Shown piece by piece: positions 29,358 to 37,673 of a stretch of 56,035 nt of DNA. Each line of letters starts with the position of its first letter. The stretch's first letter is position 1. The notes under the pieces are model-generated. The model saw only the letters and a program-made list of their open reading frames with translations, was not told the DNA's origin and ran no database searches. The stretch comes from an uncultured Planctomycetia bacterium (GTDB lineage Bacteria > Omnitrophota > Gorgyraeia > Duberdicusellales > 4484-171). Position numbers and translations under genes: made by a program. The DNA lies in contig CAZJOV010000003.1 in NCBI GenBank assembly GCA_964547735.1, positions 1 through 56,035 of the forward strand, written 5' to 3'.

Positions 29358-30069
29358 GGATTTAGGGATAGTAACAAAGAGAGTAAATTTTCGGGAAACA
29401 AGTGTGGTGGTAAATATTTTTACAAAGAATTACGGAAGGATAAGCGGGATTTTAAAAGGATTCTATAGGGGGAGGAAAGAGTTTACCTCTTCCTTGGATA
29501 TTTTTACTCTGAATGAAGTTCTCTTCTATCCCCGCAGAAGTTCTTTGTGGCTTATTTCCTCCGCAGACTTAATAAAGGATTTTCCTCATTTATATAATGA
29601 TTATTACAAAGCCCGCATAGCAGCAAAGTTTATTAAGATTATCGAGAAGGTAATTCCATATGGAGAAAGAAACAAAGAGATTTTTTCGCTTTTTTATCTT
29701 TCTCTTTTATCTTTGGAAAGATTTTCTCCCTATATTGTTTTTTGCGTTTTTTTTATTAAATTTTTGAGTTTTTCTGGGTTTAAGCCAAATCTCAACTCTT
29801 GCCTCAGTTGCGGAAGTTCTATTGAGAAAATAAGTTTTTTTGCTGCTTCTCAAGGAGGGCTTATCTGCCAGCGTTGTAGAAAAAAGTATACTGAAGTTGA
29901 AATTATTAGTCCTCAAACCGCAGCATTTATAAGGTATATTCAGAAAGAAAAATTCTTTCCTTCTTTAAGAGTTAATCCGGACAAAAGAATAAAAGAGGAG
30001 ATATTTTCTTTACTTAATTCTTTTTTTCTTTACCATTTAGATTTTTCTTTAGATGATTTACGAGGATAG
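29347..30069 (+). CDS. recO: DNA repair protein RecO
   Basis: N-terminal OB fold (RVNFRETSVVVNIFT) and zinc finger CLSCGS ... CQRCRKK. Confidence 0.88.
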   Translation: MIAKDLGIVTKRVNFRETSVVVNIFTKNYGRISGILKGFYRGRKEFTSSLDIFTLNEVLFYPRRSSLWLISSADLIKDFPHLYNDYYKARIAAKFIKIIEKVIPYGERNKEIFSLFYLSLLSLERFSPYIVFCVFFIKFLSFSGFKPNLNSCLSCGSSIEKISFFAASQGGLICQRCRKKYTEVEIISPQTAAFIRYIQKEKFFPSLRVNPDKRIKEEIFSLLNSFFLYHLDFSLDDLRG

Positions 30070-30493
30070 AAAAGAATCAGAAATAGAGAAAAAGGCGAAG
30101 AAAACTCAACCGAGGACTTTTCTTCCTCAAGATATAGATGTCTCCATTTTAAGGACAATTCCTTATGAATATCCTCATCAGGAGGTATTGGTGGAGATGT
30201 CCAGCAATGAGTTAACTTCTCTGTGTCCTTTCTCAGGTTTGCCTGATTTTGCTCATCTTATTATAAGATATATTCCCAATCGCTACCTTATTGAACTTAA
30301 GTCTTTAAAGTATTACCTTTATGCTTTTCGTAATGTAAAAATATATAATGAACATCTGGTAAATAAAATCTTGGAGGATTTAAAAAAAGTTATCCGTCCC
30401 AAAAAGATTTGTATAATTGCAGAATTTACTGTACGTGGAGGAATAAAAAATAAAGTGATTGCCAGTTCCCCTCGTAATTGGCGTGGAGAATAA
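30053..30493 (+). CDS. queF: NADPH-dependent 7-cyano-7-deazaguanine reductase (type I QueF)
   Basis: Catalytic Cys loop SLCPFSGLPDF and QueF motif ELKSLKYYL. Confidence 0.9.
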   Translation: MIYEDRKESEIEKKAKKTQPRTFLPQDIDVSILRTIPYEYPHQEVLVEMSSNELTSLCPFSGLPDFAHLIIRYIPNRYLIELKSLKYYLYAFRNVKIYNEHLVNKILEDLKKVIRPKKICIIAEFTVRGGIKNKVIASSPRNWRGE

Positions 30494-32195
30494 AAAAGTA
30501 GCCAAGATCTTTTCCGATATTGCCAAGATTTTAGAGCTTAAAGGAGAAAATTTTTTTCGTGTGCGTGCCTACGAGAAAGCTTCTCAGATTATAGAGAATC
30601 TTACCGAAGATATAAAAATATTAGTTCAGGAAGGAAAATTAGAGACTCTTCCAGGAATAGGAAAAGATTTGGCGAAAAAAATTGAGGAGATTGTCAGGGA
30701 AGGTACACTCTCTCAATATGAGAAATTAAAGAGAGAAGTTCCTTCCGGGTTGCTTAAGATGATGGAAATTCCGGGACTGGGAGCAAAAACAATAAAACTA
30801 ATCTATGAGTGCCTGAAGATTGACTCCTTGGAGAAGTTAGAGGAGGCTGCCCGAGAAGGAAAACTGAAGAGACTTGAGGGAATTAAGGAGAAAACAGAGG
30901 AGAATATCTTGCGGGGGATAGAGATATTTAAAAAAGGCAAGGAGAGAAAGCCTCTTTATATTGCTGAAGAGGTAGCGGGTTATTTTTTGAAAGAGCTTAA
31001 AAAGTTAAAAGAAGTTAAAAAAATAGAGATAGCCGGCTCCTTAAGAAGAAAGAAAGAGACAGTGAAAGATATCGATATTCTGGTGGTTTCTCCTTATCCT
31101 GAGAAAGTTATGAAAAAATTCATCAGCTTGAGGTATGTAGAAAGAGTAATAGCCTCCGGAGACACTAAATCCTCGGTAATTTCTTCTTCTGATTTACAGG
31201 TAGATTTAAGAGTAGTTCCTGATACCTCTTTTGGTTCCGCACTTTTATACTTTACTGGTTCTAAAGAGTTCAATATAAAGTTTAGACAGATTGTATTGAG
31301 GAAAGGCTGGAAGATAAATGAATACGGGTTATTTAATGGGAAGAACAAAAAAATTGCTGGCAGAAGCGAAGAAGAAATCTTTCACCGGTTAGGTATGCAA
31401 TATATAATCCCGGAGCTGCGAGAAGATAGAGGGGAGGTAGAATTAGCTTTGGAAGGGAGACTTCCTCGAGTGGTTGAATTGAAGGAGGTAAAAGGAGATT
31501 TTCATATCCATTCCTCTTATAGTGATGGAGCCTCCTCCCCCAGAGAGATTGCTTTAAAAGCTAAAGAATTAGGATATAAATTCGTAGGGATCTGTGACCA
31601 TTCTCAAGGCCTTAAAGTAGCAAAAGGTTTATCCGAGAAAGATGTGGAGAAAAAAATAGAGGAGATAAAAAAGCTTAATAAGAAATTGAGAGGAATAAAA
31701 ATTTTATGTGGCACAGAAGTGGATATTTTAAACGATGGAAGCTTAGATTATCCAGGTTACATCTTAAAAAAATTTGATCTTGTGATTGCCGCAATTCATT
31801 ATGGATTTAAACAAACAAAGCATCAGCTTACAAAAAGAATTGTCTCTGCCTGCAAAAATAAATATGTAGATATAATTGCTCATCCTACAGGAAGACTTTT
31901 TGGGGTAAGGGAGGAATATCCTTTAGAATGGAGAGAAGTTTTTAAAGCAGCAAAAGATAACCAGATAGCTTTAGAGATTAATACTTATCCGGAAAGATTG
32001 GATTTGAATGATTTAAATTGTATACGGGCAAAAAAAGAAGGGATAAAATTTGCTTTAGGCAGTGATGCTCATTTTCTTGATCAGATGCATTCTTTGAGAT
32101 TCGGGGTGGCTATCGCCAGAAGAGCAGGGTTGGAGAGAAAAGATATTATTAATTGTTGGGCTTGGGATGAGATTATAAAATGGCTTAAAAGATGA
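30483..32195 (+). CDS. polX: Family X DNA polymerase with C-terminal PHP domain
   Basis: HhH N-domain (FRVRAYEKA), pol-beta palm GSLRRKKETVKDIDILV, and PHP GDFHIHSSYSDG. GTG 30483 (MENKKVAKIF) inferred as the start. The ORF track begins at TTG 30459. Confidence 0.9.
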   Translation: MENKKVAKIFSDIAKILELKGENFFRVRAYEKASQIIENLTEDIKILVQEGKLETLPGIGKDLAKKIEEIVREGTLSQYEKLKREVPSGLLKMMEIPGLGAKTIKLIYECLKIDSLEKLEEAAREGKLKRLEGIKEKTEENILRGIEIFKKGKERKPLYIAEEVAGYFLKELKKLKEVKKIEIAGSLRRKKETVKDIDILVVSPYPEKVMKKFISLRYVERVIASGDTKSSVISSSDLQVDLRVVPDTSFGSALLYFTGSKEFNIKFRQIVLRKGWKINEYGLFNGKNKKIAGRSEEEIFHRLGMQYIIPELREDRGEVELALEGRLPRVVELKEVKGDFHIHSSYSDGASSPREIALKAKELGYKFVGICDHSQGLKVAKGLSEKDVEKKIEEIKKLNKKLRGIKILCGTEVDILNDGSLDYPGYILKKFDLVIAAIHYGFKQTKHQLTKRIVSACKNKYVDIIAHPTGRLFGVREEYPLEWREVFKAAKDNQIALEINTYPERLDLNDLNCIRAKKEGIKFALGSDAHFLDQMHSLRFGVAIARRAGLERKDIINCWAWDEIIKWLKR

Positions 32196-33146
32196 ATGTA
32201 TAGGTTGCTTTTGCTCCTTTTTTTTCTTTTGGGTTGTCAAAAAATTTATAAGGACAGTTTTGTTTCTTGTGGTACTTTGGTCAGGATTGTTTCTCCTTAC
32301 AAAAACGCAGCAAAGATATCTGGGGAAGAATTCAGACGATTAGAGAAAATTTTTAATTTGTATGATCCTAATTCTGAATTAGCTCAACTCAATTCTACTT
32401 ATAATATTCCTTTTTCTGCCTCTTTTGAACTTATGGAATGCATAAAAGAAGCAGAAAAAATTTATAAACTAACCGGTGGATTTTTTGATATAAGTAAAGC
32501 ACGGTTATATAAGTTTTGGAAAGGGGTGATTAAAGAGAGAAAGAAAATAGAAGATTTTACTGCTTTAAAGGAAACTGTAGAGGAACTTAAAAAGGATTCT
32601 TTTTCTGATATACTTATTGATGAGACTCATAAAAAAATAACTTTACGCAGAAAAGGATTAAAGCTTGATTTAGGAGGAATCGCTAAAGGCTATATAATAG
32701 ATAAGGTGGTAGAAAGATTAAAAAAAGAAGGGATAGATTCTGCTTTAATCGATGTAGGAGGAGATATTTTCTGTCTGGGAAAATATAAAAATAGAAAATG
32801 GCGAATAGGAATAAGAGATCCTCAGGATAAAAACAAAATTATTTTTGCTTTCTCTTTAACCAATCAGGCAGTAGCTACCTCTGGCGGATATGAGCAATAC
32901 TTTGAGTTCAAGAAAAAAAAATATTCTCATCTTATTAATCCTCTTACTGGCTTTCCCCAGGATAATAAAATCTTGAGTGTTACGGTAGCAGCAGAAAAAG
33001 CAACACTGGCAGATAGTTTAGCTACCGCTTTTTCGGTTATGGGATATGAAAAAATTAAGGAGTTTATACGTAAACATAGAGAGTTAAAGATAGAAGTATT
33101 TTTGGTTCTTATGGAGAAAGGCAGGGAAAAATTGTATCATTTTTAA
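32196..33146 (+). CDS. apbE: FAD:protein FMN transferase (ApbE) lipoprotein
   Basis: Lipobox FFLLGC plus ApbE motifs LDLGGIAKGYIIDK, IDVGGDI, AVATSGGYEQ and ADSLATA. Confidence 0.9.
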   Translation: MYRLLLLLFFLLGCQKIYKDSFVSCGTLVRIVSPYKNAAKISGEEFRRLEKIFNLYDPNSELAQLNSTYNIPFSASFELMECIKEAEKIYKLTGGFFDISKARLYKFWKGVIKERKKIEDFTALKETVEELKKDSFSDILIDETHKKITLRRKGLKLDLGGIAKGYIIDKVVERLKKEGIDSALIDVGGDIFCLGKYKNRKWRIGIRDPQDKNKIIFAFSLTNQAVATSGGYEQYFEFKKKKYSHLINPLTGFPQDNKILSVTVAAEKATLADSLATAFSVMGYEKIKEFIRKHRELKIEVFLVLMEKGREKLYHF

Positions 33147-33151
33147 GAGGA

Positions 33152-33994
33152 ATGAAGCTTGAGGATATAAAGAAGAAAAAAGGAAGAAAAAAGATTGTTA
33201 TGCTTACTGCCTATGATTATTCTTTTGCCAGGATAGTTGAGGAGGCAGGTATCGATATAATTCTTGTAGGAGACTCTTTGGCAAATGTAGTTTTAGGGAT
33301 GAAGCAGACTAAAGAGATAAGTTTTGAGGAGATGTTTAACCATACAAAGGCAGTAAAGAAAGCAGCCAAAGATACTCTGGTAGTGGCAGATATGCCTTAT
33401 GTTGCTTATCAGAAAGAATCTTCTCAAGCTCTTTTTTATGCCAAAAAGTTTGTGGAAGAGGCAGGCGCGGATGCGGTAAAGATAGAGTGGTTTGAGGAAG
33501 CAATTTCGGTAACTCAGGATCTTATAGAGAATAATATTCCTGTAATGGGACATATCGGGCTTACTCCTCAGACAGTAGATAAATTAGGAGGTTTTAAGGT
33601 TCAGGGAAAAGATTATGAAGGAGCAAAAAGGTTGCTTAGGCAGGCAAAGATATGGGAGAGGGAAGGTATATTTAGTATAGTTTTGGAGTGTATTCCTTAT
33701 GAGCTGGCGAGATTAATCACTCATACTTTGAGGATTCCCACTATAGGGATTGGCGCCGGCCCTTTTTGTGATGGGCAAGTTTTGGTGCTTTATGATATTT
33801 TAGGATTATACAAAAATTTTAGACCTAAATTTGTGAAAGTTTATAAAGACATTTCTTCTTTAATTAAAGAAGCAGTGTTACAATTTAAAGAAGAGGTGGA
33901 GAAAAATATTTTCCCTCCTCCTCCATCATCTTTTACCATCTCTCAAGAAAATTTAGAAAGATTAAAGAAAGAACTTGGGGAAAGACAGTCTTAG
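33152..33994 (+). CDS. panB: 3-methyl-2-oxobutanoate hydroxymethyltransferase
   Basis: TAYDY, LVGDSLANVVLG, GHIGLTPQ and IGIGAG motifs. Confidence 0.94.
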   Translation: MKLEDIKKKKGRKKIVMLTAYDYSFARIVEEAGIDIILVGDSLANVVLGMKQTKEISFEEMFNHTKAVKKAAKDTLVVADMPYVAYQKESSQALFYAKKFVEEAGADAVKIEWFEEAISVTQDLIENNIPVMGHIGLTPQTVDKLGGFKVQGKDYEGAKRLLRQAKIWEREGIFSIVLECIPYELARLITHTLRIPTIGIGAGPFCDGQVLVLYDILGLYKNFRPKFVKVYKDISSLIKEAVLQFKEEVEKNIFPPPPSSFTISQENLERLKKELGERQS

Positions 33995-34010
33995 TTAAGA
34001 GAGAAAGTGT

Positions 34011-34039
34011 TTGCAATTTTTAATTAATATTGTTAAAAT
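34011..34039 (+). promoter_or_regulatory. Sigma70-type promoter for the OMP gene, leaderless or near-leaderless
   Basis: TTGCAA, a 17-nt spacer, then TGT-TAAAAT (34034-39). ATG 34050 lies 10 nt downstream with no SD. Confidence 0.55.
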
Positions 34040-34049
34040 TTTTTTGAGA

Positions 34050-36659
34050 ATGAGGATACTTTGTCTGTTTTTGTTTATCTTTGTTCCTTTTTATGTTTAT
34101 AGTTATGAGAGTGAGAATTATTTTATAGAATTGGGGAAAAAATACCTGGAGGAAGACAATATATATCAGGCAGAAATAGAGTTTAGAAAAGCTTTGTTTA
34201 TTGACTCTGGCAATAAGGAAGTAAAAGAATATTTAGATAAGATAAGGAAGAAAAAGATTAAGAAAGCTTTAGATTTATTTTCTGAGATACCACCTGAAAA
34301 AGAAATATTTTTTAAGAGAGAGAAAAAGATTAAAAAAGAAAAAAAAGTTCTGGCCTCTCAATGGAAATTGAAAGGTAGTTATCAGATAAGTTTGGGGGCA
34401 ACCAGTGAGGATATAATCTGGAAGAGAGCCAACTGGGATTTAAATGAAAAAGACTGGAGGCTTCTTTCCACTGAAAACTTTAATAATAAAGAGAATACAT
34501 TTGATCCGGCTATCTTTGACCAGATAAGCGTTAATCTTGATTACAATCCTCAAGAAAGATTTAGTCTTCATACCAATTTAACTGTTGATCCCTGGAGTTT
34601 TGTAGGAAAAACTTCTGAATTTACAGTGAAAGATAACTCCGGTGTTGACAGTGCCCAGGTGCAGTTACTTTACTGGTCGGGTACTAAAAGAACAATTTCT
34701 CAAAAAGTAATTACCAATTATGGAGATTCGTTTAATACCGGAGAGATAAAAGTAGTGGATGGAAAAACTACTTCTTATACTACAGGGACTGCCTGGAGTT
34801 GGGCACATACTTTTACTATACCTGCTTCTGATATCCATTATCTTTTTCGTGGCTTTAGAGAGCTATGGCTTGATTATAATCAAGATGCGTTTTCTTTAAG
34901 AATTTATCCTCTTGCTTCAGAAATTCAAGCATTAAATAGTGATGATCCTTTGAGACTTTCCAATAAGCATATTTATTGGGAAGAATCCCAGTGGCTTACA
35001 CGCTGGAAGCCAGGTAAAAAGATTAATAATCCTCCGATTGAATTTTATCCGGGCCAGTTTGATGATGATTTGGTCTGGATTGCTCGTGATAGTAGAGGCA
35101 GGAGATTGGCATTCTTAAGAGGAATAAATTTTTCCCTTGACCAACCTGAAGGGTTATCTCTGGAAGCTGTTTTTAATTCTCCTCAGGAGTTATGGCAGGA
35201 GTACGAGGAATTTGATACTTTTAATACAGCAATAAGAGTAAAGAAAACAGGAGAAAGTTTTATTTTTGGAGGATTGTATACCAACAAGTTAGGATATAAG
35301 AAAGGAAGCCTCGATGCTTCTAACTTCGTATGGGCGATAGATTCTTCTTGGCAGCCTCTCGAAGGTTTAGGGGCAAGATTTGAGATAGCTGCTTCTTGGA
35401 ACTGTCAAGATAAAACTACCGGTTTTAAAAGAAAAAAGAGAGGAAATGCCTATTACTTTTCTCTTCTTAAAGCGTCAGAGGCGGATGTGTTAGGTAAAGA
35501 CTATTATGAGATTGATTCACAAGATAAAGGATTTTTTTATAAAATGAGGTTGATGTTTGTTCACATAGATTCAGGGTTCAGCCCCGGACTTTCTACATAT
35601 ATAGAGACCCGCCATGATAGATTTTGGTCAAGACATCTCCACTTCGGTGAGCCTTTTGAATATTATTACTCCGGTTTTTATGAACCAATACTGAAGTGGG
35701 AGGATATTGAACATCAACGTTTAGGAGATGGTATAGATGTGGGTCGAGATGTGATAGGGTTGCGCGGGAAAGTAGAGAGGCTTCTTGAGGAAAAATTAGA
35801 CCTTTTATTTGATTTAAGAAATGTTCATTCTACTGACGGTAAATATCTTGAGAATGTAACACGTCTGGAAGCTGAATATCGTCCTACTTCTAAGTTAACC
35901 ACAAAGTTTTTAGGGATATATCATGATAAACCAAAAACAGTAAAAGGATATGACCCTTATGTTTTCAATAAGGATACAGGAGAATTTAATGTTAAAAATG
36001 ATTCTGTTGAAGATGGTAGAGATCCTTCCGTGAAAACAATTTCCTTAGGTGCCGAGTATAAATTTAGCGATGGGTTTAAAATGTGGGGGGTATGGGAACA
36101 TACCAATGATATTAATATTGCCTACGATAATTTCCCCCGCGGTATATTAAATGCAGCCTGTACAGCTAATGAAGAAGGATATTTAGGGTGGAACAATTGG
36201 CTTAACCGGACTGAATTCTTCCCCACTCCCCCCTATCCTTATTATGATGTTTTCAAATTAGGCATTAGGTGGAGGATTTCTCCTTTAATTACACTGGATG
36301 GAGATTGGACAAAAAATGAGTATAAATGGGCAGGGGGGATGGATAATAATATCAATCATCTCGGGCTGGGGATGAATTTTGTTCCTTCTCCTAAATGGAG
36401 TCTTTATCTAAAATATATATATTCCAAATGGAATGATTTGTATGCTCTAAATGAAGAAGGCCGTCTCTATTTCAAACCTCATCATAACTTTTTCTTTGAA
36501 GCAAGATATATCTTAGGAGAGGGAGAAGGAGTAGTTTTACAATATGGGGATTTAGGAAGAGGGGTTGTTTCAGAAATTTTGTATGACCCTTATGGAGGAA
36601 GTTTATCCGTGTTGGATACGCAGCATATAGTGAGATTATTTTATCGTAGAAAATTTTAA
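34050..36659 (+). CDS. Hypothetical outer-membrane protein: signal peptide, TPR-like motif, lysine-rich linker, and a very large aromatic-rich beta-barrel-like region ending in Phe
   Basis: Signal peptide MRILCLFLFIFVPFYVYS and TPR-like YQAEIEFRKALFIDSGNKEVKEYLDKI. About 750 aa rich in W/Y/D/N/G with alternating hydrophobicity. C-terminus VRLFYRRKF is the classic OMP signature. Start set at ATG 34050 because TTG 34011 is the -35 box. Confidence 0.75.
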   Translation: MRILCLFLFIFVPFYVYSYESENYFIELGKKYLEEDNIYQAEIEFRKALFIDSGNKEVKEYLDKIRKKKIKKALDLFSEIPPEKEIFFKREKKIKKEKKVLASQWKLKGSYQISLGATSEDIIWKRANWDLNEKDWRLLSTENFNNKENTFDPAIFDQISVNLDYNPQERFSLHTNLTVDPWSFVGKTSEFTVKDNSGVDSAQVQLLYWSGTKRTISQKVITNYGDSFNTGEIKVVDGKTTSYTTGTAWSWAHTFTIPASDIHYLFRGFRELWLDYNQDAFSLRIYPLASEIQALNSDDPLRLSNKHIYWEESQWLTRWKPGKKINNPPIEFYPGQFDDDLVWIARDSRGRRLAFLRGINFSLDQPEGLSLEAVFNSPQELWQEYEEFDTFNTAIRVKKTGESFIFGGLYTNKLGYKKGSLDASNFVWAIDSSWQPLEGLGARFEIAASWNCQDKTTGFKRKKRGNAYYFSLLKASEADVLGKDYYEIDSQDKGFFYKMRLMFVHIDSGFSPGLSTYIETRHDRFWSRHLHFGEPFEYYYSGFYEPILKWEDIEHQRLGDGIDVGRDVIGLRGKVERLLEEKLDLLFDLRNVHSTDGKYLENVTRLEAEYRPTSKLTTKFLGIYHDKPKTVKGYDPYVFNKDTGEFNVKNDSVEDGRDPSVKTISLGAEYKFSDGFKMWGVWEHTNDINIAYDNFPRGILNAACTANEEGYLGWNNWLNRTEFFPTPPYPYYDVFKLGIRWRISPLITLDGDWTKNEYKWAGGMDNNINHLGLGMNFVPSPKWSLYLKYIYSKWNDLYALNEEGRLYFKPHHNFFFEARYILGEGEGVVLQYGDLGRGVVSEILYDPYGGSLSVLDTQHIVRLFYRRKF

Positions 36660-36661
36660 AG

Positions 36662-37624
36662 ATGAGGAAGAAATATGTAATTGGTATTGGGCTTAATCTT
36701 TTTGATGCTCAAGCTTCTCTTTTGCGTAACGATGGAAAGATAGTTGTACATACAGAGAAAAAAAGAAAGTTTATTACTGCTAATGAGACTATCGATATCT
36801 GCGTTTCTCTTTTTGAGGATATTCTTAAAAAATCAAAAAAATACCGAGACAGTATTATAGGAGCCGGCCTTGCTCTGGGAGGAATCGTAAATAGAAAAAA
36901 GGGAGAAGTTTATTGGCCACAAAGGCGGGAGAGGGGTTATATGTACATATCTGTTCCCCTCAAGAAATATTTAGAAGAAAAATTTAGGTTACCTACTTAT
37001 ATTGAGAATGATGCTAATGCTTGTGCATGGGCAGAATACAGAAGAAATTACAAGGATTATAAAAACATAATCTATATGTTTTCCGGCGTAGGTTGTGGAA
37101 TTATCCTTGATGGAGAGCTTTATGTAGGAGGAGAGGGAGGAGCAGGAGAATTATTTATAAATCCCCAACCAGTGATGAGTTCTTACTTAGGAGATTTTCG
37201 TTTTCTCACTCAATGGCCACATGATTTAGGAGTGATAAAGAGAGCCAAGGAGTTAATTTCCTTAGGAAGAGAAACACGTTTGGTTAAAAGAATAGATTCT
37301 GCAGGGAATTTATTCTTGGAGGATGTGTTTTTGGAGGCAAAAAATAAAGATAAAGTAGCTTGCGAGGTTCTGGAGGAGGCAGCTTTTTCTTTAGGGGTAA
37401 AGATTTCATTCTTAGTGAATCTTATTAATCCCCAGATAGTAGTTATTGGAGGGGGATTCGAGGAGGCAGGTGATTTTTTTCTCAAAAAAGTCATTCAAAC
37501 AATTAAAAAATATGCGTTTAGTTTCTTACAGAAAAGCCTAAAAGTGGAATTTTCTTCCTTAGGAAGAAAAGCAACTTCTCTGGGGGTGGCTCAGTTAATT
37601 ATAGATAAAGGTTGTTTACATTGA
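36662..37624 (+). CDS. ROK/ASKHA-fold protein with degenerate catalytic and zinc motifs
   Basis: ROK-like core (ENDANACAWAE, GVGCGIILDGELYVGGEGGAGE, PQIVVIGGG). The phosphate-1 loop reads IGIGLNLFDA instead of DxGGT, and the CxCGxxGC zinc motif is absent. No N-terminal HTH. Confidence 0.75.
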   Translation: MRKKYVIGIGLNLFDAQASLLRNDGKIVVHTEKKRKFITANETIDICVSLFEDILKKSKKYRDSIIGAGLALGGIVNRKKGEVYWPQRRERGYMYISVPLKKYLEEKFRLPTYIENDANACAWAEYRRNYKDYKNIIYMFSGVGCGIILDGELYVGGEGGAGELFINPQPVMSSYLGDFRFLTQWPHDLGVIKRAKELISLGRETRLVKRIDSAGNLFLEDVFLEAKNKDKVACEVLEEAAFSLGVKISFLVNLINPQIVVIGGGFEEAGDFFLKKVIQTIKKYAFSFLQKSLKVEFSSLGRKATSLGVAQLIIDKGCLH

Positions 37625-37648
37625 AAATATATCATTTTATGATAAAAT
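37621..37648 (+). promoter_or_regulatory. Sigma70-type promoter for the coiled-coil/LacI unit
   Basis: TTGAAA (overlapping the TGA stop of the ROK-like gene), a 16-nt spacer, then TGA-TAAAAT (37643-48). It is followed by an about 20-nt leader with AAGGGAGG. Confidence 0.55.
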
Positions 37649-37673
37649 AAATTTAAAAGAAGGGAGGCCAAAA

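Noticed and set aside
30053-30069. preQ1 riboswitch ahead of queF.
   Set aside because: queF overlaps the 3' end of recO by 17 nt, so there is no untranslated leader.
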